A DNA stretch of 64,000 bases, taken from assembly GCF_006345805.1 (NCBI RefSeq), contig NC_043007.1:54746001-54810000 (forward strand), given 5' to 3'. Source of the DNA: Octopus sinensis. Taxonomy: Eukaryota. The translations under genes and the position numbers were made by a program. Below the pieces are notes generated by a model that had not been told where the DNA came from, made no database searches, and saw only the letters and a list, made by a program, of their open reading frames with translations. This document shows, piece by piece, positions 37,040 to 51,339 of the stretch; position 1 is the first letter of the stretch, and every line of letters begins with the position of its first letter.

Positions 37040-40000
37040 CATTGTTATAAAATAAAGAACTGTCAGCTCTTGATTAAGAGCATTGAGCCTTGTGTAATAG
37101 TAATTGTATTGCATTGTGTAAATACCCCACTCCTCAACCTTCATTAAATATATATATCCAACACCAGGATATAAAAGTGGTGACAAGTTGTTCGAAGCTT
37201 GCATTGGACATTTAAAATTTTTTTCTTGGTATGAAACCAAAGAAAAAAATCGTTTTAATATGGAAGATTTATTTGCCTCTGTGGTGCAATTACAACAGCA
37301 ACTGCAGCAACAATAACTACAATGGCAACAACAACAAAACCAACAGTTGCTGGAATTAATGTTGAAGAAGTCTGAAAATACTTCAGGTTCATACTTGCCA
37401 GACAGCATAGCAAACTCAATTGAAGAATTCAGCTGTAATCCAGAAGAAAGTTGGTCTGATGAGGAAAAAGTACAACTACTTTTAAGAAAGTTATCCCCTG
37501 CCAAACATGAAAAATATAGTAATTAAATTCTGCCGAAGGAACCAGGTGAGATTTGTTTCAATGAAACAATTTTTAATCAAAAATCTTCAGTGCAAGAAGT
37601 TCCATGTTCAATACTCACTGGCAATGTTTAAATTTGGTCAAAAAAGATGATGAAGATTATGTCACCCATGCCAGAGTGGTTAACAGAGAACGTAAGAAAT
37701 TCAAATTGAATGAGTTGACCCCAGACATGTTCAAGTATTTAATTTTTGTTCAAGAGTTTACTGCAAGCAAAGATGCAGATATACGTTTCCAGATATTGTC
37801 AAAACTAGAACAGGACCTAGATTTAACTTTACAGGCAGTAACAGAAGAATGTCAGAGGATTATAAATCTATGACATGATGCAGATAAAATTGAAGAAAAA
37901 GATTGCTCTCATATTCATGCGTCAACTGGTATCATCATCATCATCATCATCATTTAACGTCCGTTTTCCATGCTAGTATGGGTTGGACGGTTTTGACTGA
38001 GGGCTGGCAACTAGATGGCTGCACCAGGCTCCAGTCTTGATCTGCCAGAGTTTCTACAGCTGGATGCCCTTCCTAACGCCAACCACTCCAAGAGTGTAGT
38101 GGGTGCTTTTTATGTGCCACCTGCATGGGGGCCAGTCAGGCAGTACTGGCAATAACCTCGCTCGAATCTTTTTATACGTGCCACCGACACAGGTGCCAGT
38201 GAAGTGACGTTGGTAATGACCACGCTTGAATGGTGCCCTTTTACATGCCACGGGTACGGAAGCCAGTTGGCTGTTCTGGCAACGATCATAGTGATCACGC
38301 TCGGATGGTCTATTGGCACCCTACTAAGCACAGGCATAAGTGCCAGTAAGGCGACACTGGTAACGATCTTACTCGAATAGCCTCTCTGTCAACGATCACA
38401 CTTGTATGGTGCTCTTTGCACCCCGCTAGCACGGATGCCAGTCATTGGAATGATTTTGATTTTGATTTCACTTGCCTCAACAGGTCTTCGCAAGCAAAGT
38501 TTAGTGACCAAAGAAGGAAAAGCTGCACATAAGCAGGCTGGTTATGCTCCTGGCATAGGCCATGGGTTATGGTTTCATCTGGCTTGCCGGGTCGTCTCGA
38601 GCACAGCATATTTCCAAAGGTCTCGGTCGCTAGTCATTTCCTTGGTGAGGCCTAATGTTCGAAGGTTGTGCTTCACCACTTCATCCCAGGTCTTCCTGGG
38701 TCTACCTCTTCCACAGGTTCCCTCAACGGCTAGGGTGTGGCACTTTTTCACACAGCTATCCTCATCCATTCTCACCACATGACCATACCAACGCAGTCGT
38801 CTCTCTTGCACACCACATCTAATGCTTCTTAGGTCCAACTTTTCTCTCAAGGTACTTACACTCTGTTGAGTATGCACACTGACATTACATATCCATCGGA
38901 TCATACTGGCTTCATTCCTTGCGAGCTTACGCATATCCTCAGCAGTCACAGCCCATGTTTCAATGCCGTGTAGCATGGCTGTTCGTACACATGCATCATA
39001 CAGTCTACCTTTTACTTTGAGCGAGAGGCCCTTTGTCGCCAGCAGAGGTAAGAGCTCTCTGAACTTTGCCCAAGCTATTCTTATTCTAGCAGCTACACTT
39101 TCAGTGCACCCTCCTCTGCTACTGATTTGGTCACCTAGATAATGGAAGCTATCAACTACTTCTAGTTTTTCACCCTGGAATGTGGCGGAAGTTGGTCTCT
39201 GTGCATTTTCAGTGTTTATTGCTCCCGAGCATTTGCCACATACAAAAACTATCTTCCTAGTTAGCCTTCCTTTGATATTACTGCACCTCTTGTGTGTCCA
39301 TAGCTTACACTGGGTACATCTTATAGAGTTTCTACCTACACCTCTACTACAGATCGAGCAGGGCCATCTACCTGAAGGGATTTGTGGTTTGCCTGCCTTA
39401 CTACTTATTAGGACTTTGGTTTTAGCTAGGTTGATTCTAAGGCCCTTCGATTCTAATCCTTATTTCCACACTTGAAACTTCTCCTCTAGTTCTGATTGCG
39501 ACTCAGCAATTAGAGCAAGGTCATCAGCATAGAGGAGCTCCCAGGGGCATCCTGTCTGGAATTCCTCCGTAATTGCCTGGAGGACTATGATAAATAGGAG
39601 GAGGCTGAGGACTGAAAACTGGTGGACCCCAACCTCTACCTTGGATTCTTCAGTGTACTCGTTGCCAACCCTTACCTTACTTACAGCGTCCCTGTACATG
39701 GCTTGCACAGCTCTCACTAACCATTCATCTATCCCTAGTTTCCTCATTGACCACCAGATAAGGGATCGGGGAACCCTGTCAAAGGCTTTCTCCATGTCAA
39801 TGAAAGCCAGGTACAGGGACTTATCTTTGGCTAGGTATTTCTCCTGCAACTGTCTTACCAGAAATATGACATCAGTGGTGCTTTTCCCTGGCACGAAACC
39901 AAACTGGATCTCATCCAAGTTGACTCTCTCCCTAATCAGTTGGGCTATGACCCTCTCTGTAACCTTCATTACCTGATCCAACAGCTTGATACCTCTGTAA

Positions 40001-42445
40001 TTATTTATATCTAGGGCGTCATCTTTACCTTTGTAGCAGTTAACTATTATGCTGCTACACCAGTCATTGGGTATGACTCCTTCGTGTATCACCTGGTTAA
40101 CTATACGGGTGACTAGGCTATAGCCGACACTGCCAGATATTTTGAGCATCTCTGCTGTAATTCCTGATGGGCCTGGGGCTTTCCCTGTCTTCATGCTTTT
40201 AATTGCCTTGACTACCAAGGAACTGTCAACTCAGATAGCCGGTCTCTCTGTTGGGTCGACATTCGGTAGACTCTCTTTATCCCATACATTTTCTTTATTC
40301 AGCAACCTTTCATAGTGGTGTCTCCAAACCACTCTCTTTGCATCCTCATTTAGCGCAAGTGAACCATCATCCATGCGGACACATTTCTCTCCTACCACAT
40401 CACGATTCTCTCTCACACACTGTCTTGCAACACGAAATACCTCAAGTCTTTCATCCTCACGGCACAGAACATTGGCAAATTTTTTCTTATCTTCTTCCCC
40501 TCTGGCTAAATACACCTGCCTCCTAGCTTCACTTCTGGCAGTCTGATACACTTCCCTGCTACCACCGTTCTTCTAGTCCTTCCAAGCCTGTTTCTTTTGT
40601 CTAATAGCCCTGTCAACAATATTGTTCCACCACCACGTTATTTTGGGTCTTGAGGGGACTTTGCACCAACCACAGATCTGGTCAGTGGCTCTCAGCAGGT
40701 TGTCCCTTAGAGACCTCCAGTTGTCTTCTACCCCATGTGAAGCTATATCCCCATCTATTTCGACAAAGGCTTCAAGTAATATGTCTCTAAATCTCTGTCC
40801 ATTCGCAGGATCTTTAAGCTTCCAGACCCTTCTTCTCCATGCTGGTCATCTTCTGGTCGTCCTCTTAGTCCTGATCCTAATGTCACTAACTACCAGTCTA
40901 TGTTGTGGGCTACATTCTTTGCCTGGGAAGGTTTTGGCATTTATAAGCAGCCATCTTTCCCTTTTTCTGGCTAGTATGTCGGCCCGATCGGTAGGTGACT
41001 AGGTGGCTGGTAGGTTTCCTGAAGTTAGTGTTGCAAACCATAAGATCATTTGCATCGCAGAACTCCAGCAGCCTGGTTCCCTCCTCGTTGCGGGAACCAT
41101 AACCGTAGCTTCCATGTACGCCATGGAAGCCCCCAGCATGTTGTCCAGCATGCCCATTGAAGTCATCAGCCACAAAGAGAAGGTCCCTGTTGTTTGTCAA
41201 CGAGGTAGAGTGCAGTAAGGTTTCATAGAATTGGTCTTTCTGTCCATTGTGTAGCCCTGGCTGAGGGGCATAGGCCAATATAATGGTTGCTAATCTTAAG
41301 TATTCTGTTGCATACTCTGACTACCTCAATTACCGTATTTACCCATTTTTCAGCGAGAAGTATACCCACGCCCCTGACCCCGTCAGTGTTCCTAGCCCAG
41401 AAAATCTTGTACCTGTGTTCTTTGCCTGTGAGGAACCTAGCAGAACCTCCTCTCCACCTCACTTAGGACTGGATCCATGTTATAAGTACAGTGGTCTACA
41501 TTTTGAAAGTAACTGTATGTTTAAAAATATAAAATGCTTCAAGTATGGTAAAATAGGTCATAAAAAATCACACTAAAACAAAACCTAAAAAATGGTTCGA
41601 CAGAAAAAAATCACGTAAACAGGGTTATCGGTGGCAAGAAATACAAATGAGCCCCACAGGAAAGTTGTTTATGTAAAAATTAATAACATAAATGTAAAGT
41701 TACAATTGGATACAGGCAGTGATAACTTGATAATTGATACAGGTACATGGGAAATAATCAGGAGTCCTAGATTAAAAGAAACTTCAAAAATTGCCTGTTG
41801 CGTTTCAGGAAAAATTATATTTCAAGGGCAAACCGATAAGTGACATTACATTTCGTGAGAAAAACCTTCAGAGCCAAAGTTTTTGTGTTGAATAATATAC
41901 AACAAATTTATTTGGAACTGACTGGATGGAATTATTTAACTTATGGGATCTCTCCATAAATCTTTTCTGTAAAAATGTGAATGGTCTTTCCACCAGTACA
42001 AATAACTTGTCAGACAAATTGAAAAAAAATTTTTTAAAGATTTTTCTTGAGCTTCTGTCTGATAAATTAGGTGTGCACCAAAACAAAGGTGAAGTTTCAA
42101 ATAAAAGAAAATGTCATACCAACATTTAAACAAAAACAAACTGTGCCATTCGCAGCATTAGAACAGATAAACTTAAAGTTAGAGAGACTAGAAGAAATTG
42201 GAGTTATTCAAAAAGGGGAATATAGTTAGTGGGTATTACCAGCTGTGTACTTTAAGAAAAAGAATTATAAAATCAGAGTGTGTAAAGAACTGTGAGCGAT
42301 TGGCAGATTGCATTGGTTAGTAGTTCGCTGTGAGCCTTTGATTGAGAACATTGAGTCTCATGTATTAGTAATCGTATTGTGTTGTGCAAATACTTTTAAC
42401 CCCTGCTTCATTAAATTATATATCCAACACCAGGATATAAAACAA
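37040..42445 (+). mobile_element. Ty3/gypsy LTR retrotransposon remnant (gag, Zn knuckles, protease, RT start), split by an RTE LINE
   Basis: LTR-like repeats ending ccaacaccaggatataaaa at about 37040-37175 and 42283-42442. PBS-like tggtgac at about 37177. Q-rich gag from 37259, C..C...GH knuckles at 41480-41570, LQLDTGSD protease at about 41700. Confidence 0.78.
37930..41470 (-). mobile_element. RTE-clade LINE, about 3.5 kb, 5'-truncated within APE, many stops; long 3' UTR ending in (GAT)n
   Basis: APE (DFNGHAG...RNEEGTRLLEFC..NDL.VCNT.F), RT (KAPGPSGI, NYRGIKLL, QFGFVPGKSTTD, D.EKAFDRVPR, LLYADDLAL) and C-terminus (GIETWA, RRLRWYGHV). Confidence 0.93.
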
Positions 42446-42778
42446 ACTCTAATATTATAATATGTCATCAGCTCACATATTTGCCATTGAGATCTAATAT
42501 AAGAATCAGTTAAATCTAAAGCATTTGAAAATATACATCCATTAGTTACTGGTTAGTTATTTTGAAAAATATTTTTAGGAAAAGAAAGATAGATGGGTAT
42601 GTTTATAGGCTTTATTTGTATGACTCTTCTGAAATATAACCATTTGTCTGTCATCCATCTTTTGTCTGCTTTTATAATTTATTAAACTGCTTATTGATAC
42701 AATAGATTCCATTCATACTTCACTCTATAAGTATATAATTTTTATTTACAGTATATCTGTTTTATTACTGATTTTTAA

Positions 42779-43012
<234 letters not shown>

Positions 43013-43249
43013 TAGTTTTATTTTTCAATATGAAACAATCGAGTTAAATTTCTGATTAGTGTTCTTAACCAATTTGTAAAGATGAATCCTCACAGTGTTA
43101 TTGAAAATTGACAACCATCTTTTTAGTTTAATATAAGACTTGGGAGAAACCTTTATATTGATGAGTTCATGGAAGATCCATTGATCTTCAAGTTTGTTAT
43201 GAAGGTTGCCATTCATTTAACAAATGTTTTTTCTCTACAACTATATATA

Positions 43250-43960
43250 CCAACTCTTATATCAATCTGTGATATATCTTGTTAATTTTCTGTTAGAATT
43301 TTTATAAATGTATTCATAAATCTCCTTTGGTCCGGTGTATATACTTTCAAGGTGATCTTGAAGTTTCATCTTTGTAGTCCAAGTTTCAGTTCCAATAAGA
43401 AGAATGCTCTTTACATATTCCCTGTAGAAGGCAAGCATTTTTGATTCGGAAATATTTGATTGCCAGATGTTTGAAACTTGTAAATAGACAGTACCTTCAT
43501 TGGAAAAGATATAGAGGTGACTTTCATCTTCATTGATGTTCTTGCATTCCATCTTCTTTGCATTGTACAACAGACCTACTTTTGTTGTAACCTTCTCTAA
43601 GAATGTTAACAAGTCTGACAGTTGATGAGATGTGGGGACAAGCTTATCAACAGAGTAAACACCAGAGGGATACATGCTCTGCTGACACCTTGATCACTTC
43701 TGCTTGATAATGAGGCCTTTGTCTTAGATGAGATTAAGATTTTATTTAAGAATGTAGTCTACCAGAACCACAAAAAGAAAAGGGGTTGAGATATCTCCTT
43801 GAAGGATTCCATCTGTTAGAAACTCTTTAGTTGAATTGTCTATGCTTTACAAAAGAAGTTGATAGGTTTTTGTACATGATGGTGATGGCTTTGACAATTT
43901 TATCTGAGATGCCATTGTTCAACAAGATATAGCCTTTCTGTTGCTATTATTTGGAGAAAT
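43250..43960 (-). mobile_element. Degraded RTE-like RT fragment
   Basis: LL.FLE...KVGL.YNAKK, SILLIGTETWT remnants. Confidence 0.55.
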
Positions 43961-44927
43961 CCAACAATGGCAATATAATCAAAGTCTATGAGTGTTATTT
44001 ATAATAATATTCATTGTTAAAGAAAATTAAGTTTTCATCAGAAATGTATTCCTGTGCTAAAAGGAAGTTTACACTCAAAGAAAGTTTTGAATTATGTTCA
44101 GTCAAGCATAGCCAACAACTGTGGTTTATCAGGAAGTATTGGGGCTAAACATTGGGAAAAAAATAGTACTCTGTTGGTTATAACAAACACACTTCCTTAT
44201 GATCATGAGTTCAATACACAGCAATGCATTGTGTCCTTGAGCAAGACACTTTATTTTGCGTTGCTCCAATCCACTCAGCTGGCAAAAATGAGTAGCACCT
44301 GTATTTCTGTTATGGGGATAATAATAATAACAATAATAATAATAATGGAACACCCTTCCCACATGACAAGTGGTATATGCTAGTTACAAATACTGTGACA
44401 TAGGAAGTTGAGAAGTGAGAGAAGTTGGTCATAGATAGTTATGCCTTACTTGTCTAAGTAACTATACTGCCATACTGGAGTGGATGTTACAACAGTGACA
44501 ACGAGGATTAAATAAACTCACAAAGAGTTATGAAACTGACAAAAGTTTTTCATGTGAATTTTATGGTATACAAAATTGTAAAATTATGGAAGAAATGTTG
44601 GCTGGTTTACTCAAATTGCAAAAACAGCAAGAACAACAACAGGTGTTGTTTGCCATCACAGTTGGATTTACCTATGATTCTAGACGTCTAGAAAGAAGCC
44701 ATCAAGTTGAACTGGAAGCAGTAGTGCGAGAAGGAATTATAAAGGGGTTACACGTTTTAAAAAGTTTGATGTTGGAGAAAAAATCAGTCATATTGTTAAA
44801 ACATTAAAGTTTCTACAGTGAGAACAATATATGATAATGCAGAGAAAATTAAGTGCTCAACAAGCTACGCTGCTAACTGCTCAGACCTTACTTTTTCTTA
44901 AGTGTAAGATGGAATGGCTCTTGAATG

Positions 44928-47900
44928 TGTAGGTGCATTACCCCACTTGACAGTGGATAAACAAGCTGGCTATACAGAGATAGAGGGCATTACACAGCAT
45001 TATGGTTCAGACACGTGACCTTATCTCTTCCTCTTTCTGCACCGGGACCTTGAACTGTAAGGATGTGATCTAACCTCTTTCTGCACTGGGACCTTGAACT
45101 GTAAGGATGTGATCAAGCCTCTCTTAACACCCACCAACTAGCAGATAGGAGCATAGCACAGAAGACCACGGCCTTTACACACCAACTATTCTATTTATCA
45201 TTCCATTGAAGCCTGTCATATATATGCATATATATATATATATGTATATGTATATATGTTGTGTATCTGTGTTTGTCCCCCCAACATCGCTTGACAACCA
45301 ATGCTGGAGTGTTTAGATCCCCATAACTTAGCAGTTCGGCAAAAGAGACCGATAGAATAAGTACTAGGCTTACAAAGAATAAGTCCTGGGGTTGATTTGA
45401 TTTGACTAAAGGCGGTGCTCCAGCATGGCCGCTGTCGAATGACTGAAACAAGTAAAAGAGTATATCCATCTAAAATGGTGCCCCAAGGTGAACACAGACT
45501 TCTAAAATGGTAAGCCACCATGGGAGATGAACATATTCATCTAAAATGGTGAACACCAGGTGAATACAGACCAGTGAATACATATTCCCTTTTCTTTTTT
45601 GCGACTTTGGCTACGCAACCAAATCGCCTCTCATCACATAGGAACACAACCACTGATGTCTCTTGCCATATTGTCTTCTTCACCAGGAAAATTTTGGCGC
45701 CATTTTCAAGTGGGAAACTGCAAATCATTTTCCTCAGGTTGCAACTGAAAATACAACTTGGTCATTTGAAGACACAGCGTCCCAGAGAATTTCCTTCTGC
45801 TTATGGAAAAAGGCAAAAAAAAATTATCTGGAAATTTTCTCCAGAATTCACATGGACAGAAAATTGTCCTTTGTGCCAGGTATGAGTTTCTTTCTCTGAA
45901 CCACCCGGATTATCTACGCATCATCCATAATTTGTTCCTTATCAACTAGCAAGGATTTCTATTTTAAACCTCTGCTATTGAAAAAAAAATTTTTTTTCCT
46001 AGTTTGCTGCTCATTGTGTCTTCTTTAAACTGTTTTGACTGCCATTTCTAACGGCGTTTCTTCAACCAGTTGTTCTTCATGCCGTTCCATTTTCCTATTA
46101 TTGTCCAAAATGAGTCCTTTTCCTTTCCCTCACGAGCCTGTGCTTCTTCTGCTCTGGATGAAATGCAATCCTCGGAAATCTTGCAGGCTATTGCAGAACT
46201 GACCCATTGAGTCACATGCTTGTGCAAGGACCGTTTGTTTTTATGGACTCATTCTGAAGGGAGAACCAGGCACCGCTCCTTCTCACGCACACATGCACTT
46301 CCTGCTTCCTCAGTCTACTGGTACCACAGGAAGTTCAAGGACCAGGCCAATAAATGTACACAGCCCTATTACTCTTCTCAGGGAAATCAGGCAGGGAGAC
46401 ACTGGGCACGACAATCATTGCCCCCATCCATTCACCCTATCATGCATTCTTTATCAGAGATGCCAATTCTTCAAAGTCCTTTATGGTGGATACAGATGCC
46501 AGTTTAAGTATTTGGCCTCGACGGTTTACTTCTACCAATCCTGCTCTTTCGGATATCACTCTTTATGTGGGGAATCACTCCGCCATCAAGATCTATGGGG
46601 AAATATCACTCACTCTGGATTTGTCACTCCGTAGGGATTTGAAGTCGATTTTTGTCATTGCAGACCTGCTCCATTCTATTCTTGGTGCTGATTTCTTACA
46701 CCACTATTCTCTCATTGTGGATGTTAGGCGATGCTGACTCATTGATAACACCACTTCACTCGCTGTCTCCTTTGTGAGCCCTTCTTTCTTCATGGCAGCT
46801 TCGGGTGACTCCTACTAACAGCTACTCACTTCGTTTCCAGAGTTGACTGATTTGTCGTTTCATCTGTTGAATCCAGCCCATTCTATGAGACATTTCATCA
46901 TGACCAAGGGGCCTCCAGTCTTTTCCCAACCGCGCTATTTGTCTCCAGAGAAACTCCGGATTGTCCGGGCTGAATTTGAGCACATGCTCCAGCTGGGCCT
47001 CATTCATCCTTCCATGAGCCCATGGGCAGCGCCCCTACATATGGCCAGGAAGAATGATGCTGATTTCTGACCAGTGGGAGATTTTCGACATCTTAACATC
47101 ATCACTATTGCTGATTGTAATCCCCTCCCTAATGTTCAGGATTTTTCGTCTGCCCTGCATGGATGTAAGATTTTTTCCAAGATCGATTTGGTACATGCAT
47201 ATCATCAAATCCCCATCAACCCCGATGACATGCCAAAGACAGCTGTCACAACAGTAAAGCTTTATCTTGGCCGATTTTTTCTGCTTGAATATGCGACGGT
47301 CTATTGCTTGGTCACATGCCTGCCTACTATGTCAGCGTTCCAAAGTGCATCGTCATGTGAGAGCACCTCTTGGACAATTCCAGCCATTAGACACCAAGTT
47401 CTATCACATACACATTGACCTGGTTGGTCCTTGACCAGTCAGTTGCAAATTTACTTGTATATTGACCTGCATCACCCATTTCTCCAGATAGCCTGAAGCT
47501 ATCCCTCTCGTGGACATTTCCACGGAAGCTGTCTCCAGAGCACTCATCTCTAGGTGGATATCTCGCTTCAGAGTACCCTCTAGAATTACTACCGATCATG
47601 GACGCCAATTTGAAGCTTGTCTGTTCCATGAGCTTTCAGCAATCCACACCACCAGTTACCATCCTGCCACAAATGGAATGGTGGAAAGGTTCCACCAACA
47701 GCTTAAAGCCACTATTTGCACAGCTCCTGACCCTCATCGTTGGCCCGAGTTTCTCCCCATTGTTCTGCTAGGTGCTGCTCAGCTGTCAAGGAGCACTTAG
47801 GCTACTCCTCCGCTGAACTCCTGTATGGCAACACCTTAGCACTTCCTGGACAACTGTTGGTGCCCGTCAACTTACTGAATGCGGACCCTACATTTTACGT

Positions 47901-48672
47901 CATGTGACTCAGGTCATTCTTTGCTGACCTGCCACTAATGCTTCCTCATGACCTGTCTATTTCCTCTGCAGTACCTCCGGATATTTCTACCTGGACTCAC
48001 GTGTTTGTAAGAAGTGATGCCATCAAGGGACCGCTCATACCTCCCTACACTGGACCCTATCACATTCTTAAAAGCACACTAAAACTGTTCACTGTGGACA
48101 TTCATGGAAAAAAAAGAGACTATCTCTATTGACAGAGTAAAAAAAGGCCTTTTCCGAAAAATTTATGCCACTTGCTGTCACACCCATCATTCCACAAACA
48201 CTGCCACCCCCACCCCACAAGCACCACCTCCACTCACCAAAACATCAACAGCATAAACACATTTTTCATCTTACAGGACATCTGGCTGATTGGTTCATTG
48301 GCCAAATAAATTGTCTCGGACTATCTTCAATTGTTCTTACTACTGTTTTTGCCATGGTTTATTCTTCTGTGCCCTCCTGTACACTCCGCCTACTCTACTA
48401 TTAATCGACCATTTCCAGTCTAAGAGGGGGCCTCTGTAGGCGCATTATCCCCCCCTCCTTGACAGTGGGTCAAACAAGCTGGCTATACAGAGATAGAGGG
48501 CATTACACAACATTAAGGTTCAGACATGTGACCTTATCTCTTCCTCTTTCTACATTGGAACCTTGAACTGTAAGGATGTGATCTAGCCTCTCTCAACATT
48601 CATCAACTAGCAGATTCCTAGCATAGCACAAAAGACCATGGCCTTTTCACCATTCTATTTATTATTCTATTG
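44928..48672 (+). mobile_element. Ty3/gypsy LTR retrotransposon, internally deleted
   Basis: LTRs from 44928 and 48435 (tgtagg...acaagctggctatacagagatagagggc...). PPT aagaggggg at about 48422. gag WYH.KF...A.KC..P, protease MVDTDAS, RT PWAAPLHM..K / FSKIDL..AYHQIP, integrase RITTD.GRQF / SYHP..NGMVERFH. Confidence 0.9.
45290..45460 (+). mobile_element. SINE-like 3' portion inserted at the end of the gypsy 5' LTR
   Basis: gcttgacaacc...ttcggcaaaagagaccgatagaataagtac...ggcggtgctccagcatggccgctgtcgaatgactgaaacaagtaaaag. Confidence 0.7.
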
Positions 48673-48929
48673 TGTATATACATGTGGCCACGATAAACAT
48701 ATTTAAGTTGCAACCTCGCTTGTATATGTTTTTCATCCAGGTTGACTACCAATGAAATTACAGCCTTCTGGGAGTCATATTCGGTGGCTCATAATGACCT
48801 GCACCATCTAAAAGTGTATGGATCAAAGATCAAACTCAATGTAATGTGTCAATAAGCATGATGGTAATTAAAAAAAGAAATAGCTGAAAAAGGAACATGA
48901 AACTTCTAAGAATCATTTACAGTCTAATA

Positions 48930-49440
48930 AAGTCTAATTTGTAAAGTTTAAGAAATACTTTAATTTACACAACATAAAAATTACTGGTAAAGCTGCTAGT
49001 GCTGCTACTAATTATCTTGAACAACTAAAGAAATAGATTACTGAAGGGGCACCAGAACAAGTATACAGTGTTAATTAAACTGCACATTTCTGGATGCACA
49101 TACCTACTTAAGAAGCAACATCAACACTAGGATTTTAAATTTTTCAAAAATCTTGATGCTTCTTCTGGAAGAAAATGTTGCTGGTGATCAGAAATTAGAG
49201 TCCCTACTCGTGTGTCATCCTGAAAACCCAAGAACTTTTGGCAACAAAAGGCCTCTCTCTCAGAGTGAAAGGCTGCTTTTATGATGCTTGTGTATGAACA
49301 GCAATGCTAGATGGTAGTGAAAAGTTTGCTGTGAATGCAAAAGATATGCAAAAACTTGAAAGAAATGAAGCTTTGTTAGATGTACAATGATGGCATGCAT
49401 TTACAACAAAATGCAAATGTTTTGAGAGAAAAAATGAACA
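48930..49440 (+). mobile_element. Tigger transposase remnant
   Basis: FKK.FNLHNIKITG.AASA, PEQVY.V..T..FW, N.AGD.KL..LLV.HPENPR. Confidence 0.7.
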
Positions 49441-51339
49441 TAAGAGACATTAGATGTATTGGGTGAGAGACAAGGCTGCACTGGTATGGTCATGTGAGGC
49501 ATACGGATGAGGAGTGTCACATAAAGTGCAGATTGCTAAATGTGGATGGCAAGTATGGAAGAAGGAAACCCAGGAAGATGTGAGACAAAGTAGTGAAGAA
49601 TAGCCTTTAGCTGTTGTGTCTCACAAAGGACCAAGATGATTTGCAACTTGCTGTGCTTGAGAAGATCCATCCATCTTATTTCTTTGCCCCTTCACCCAAT
49701 CTGTCTCTGATGATCTCCCTCACTTCTTCACCACTCTTTCTTTCAGCTGCTGTAATTATGAGAGCAGAACGTCACATACTTCACCTCCCTACAACCACTT
49801 TTTTTACACATTTTCAGTATCATCCCATACCACCTTATTTTCCATTCAGTGCTCCTTTCATCTCCCATTTTTCTTTATGCCACCCCATTTTACTAATTGT
49901 AGCTCTTCCCTGTTACCTCTGTTTGTCTCTCACCATTTCTATCTTTATGTATTTCTAACTTCATCCCTCACACCTTCCATCTCTATTGCAGCCTACTCCC
50001 ATGCTTCACATTCTCTTCACCGCTCCGTATTACCTCCCCAACTCACACCTGCTTCCCCTCCAACTGATATTCATGACTGACATACCATTATCCTTGTTCA
50101 TCACTCACTGCATTTCCCTCTGTCACTCTCCTCTCACACTACCATGAACTTACTTACCCACCATACCTCTTCTAATATTCACCTCTCTGTAACTTGATAC
50201 ATCTTCACTACCATTCTGTTTCTTTTCCAATTGGAGTAACCATGTTCTTCCCCTACAGCAAGACACCAGTTCCCCTGTTATGCTTTAACCTCTCATCACC
50301 TTGCATAAAACCACCTCCTTCAGTACTACTCCCTCTTCAGCTGGGTCTTATCTTGCAAGTTGTTTGATGACTTCACTAATGCCAGTTCCACATAAAATGC
50401 ACCCAGCACATTCTATAAAGTAGTTTGGGTTAGAAAGGGTGTCCAGCTATATAGGCCATGCCAAAGCACACATTGAAGCTTGGTGCGATTCTCTGGCTCA
50501 CCAGCTCTTGTCAAACCATTTAATCTATGCCAGCATGGAACACAGACATTAAATGTTGGTGATGCTGGCAATTTATTCCCTAATGTATTTTTATTCAGCT
50601 ATGTATACATATTATACTGTGCATGCTAGACATTATTAGTTTCGGGCATAAAAATAGTCATATTGCTTGTTTTGTTGTTGCTGTCGTTGTTTTCAAAAAT
50701 TTCCATTGGAATACATACTCACTTTATAATAGGAAAATTAATTTTGTTACTGGATTTTGTGTTATGACAACATTTTCAAGATCACATTACTCTTATGTTA
50801 TGGGATTCTTATATTAGTTTATCTTAATATATTTAACCATTTTTAAGATGGTTAGATAGTAGTTTTTAATGTTTTCATACAAACCTAGAGAGACAGGTCT
50901 CCTTAAATTCTCATGTTACTCTCTCATTTATGCTAGATTTAGCTTTTAAGCATTTTGACACCAACCTGCCTGAAACTGCTTCTGACCTGTAGTACAAATG
51001 TCTTGTTTCCAAAAGTTCTGAATTAAAATCTTCCACTAAACCTTAGTTACAATTTATGTTCCTAACACTAACTAATGATAACTAAGTTATTTTACTAAAT
51101 TCTTTGTTATATTTAAAATTAATTGAAAGAAACACAGAGTATCTCAAAAGAAATATGGCAACAAAAGGGTTAAAGATATAATCTAAATACTTGAGGTTAA
51201 ATTTCATGGAAAATGTGAGTTATGTGGTTCAGATCAAACTGAAGCATGCAAAGTATACTTGGTCTATTTAAAATCTAGGTGATACTTCTTAACACACTTT
51301 CATCCAAACTCAGTTGAGTTGTTTGTATACTTCATTTGG

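Noticed and set aside
36989-37504. 171-aa Cys-rich minus-strand ORF
   Set aside because: Antisense shadow of the Q-rich gypsy gag (CAA/CAG repeats).
48735-48855. Possible extra exon after ttcatccag
   Set aside because: No similarity to QPCT, no suitable donor, and not needed for frame continuity.
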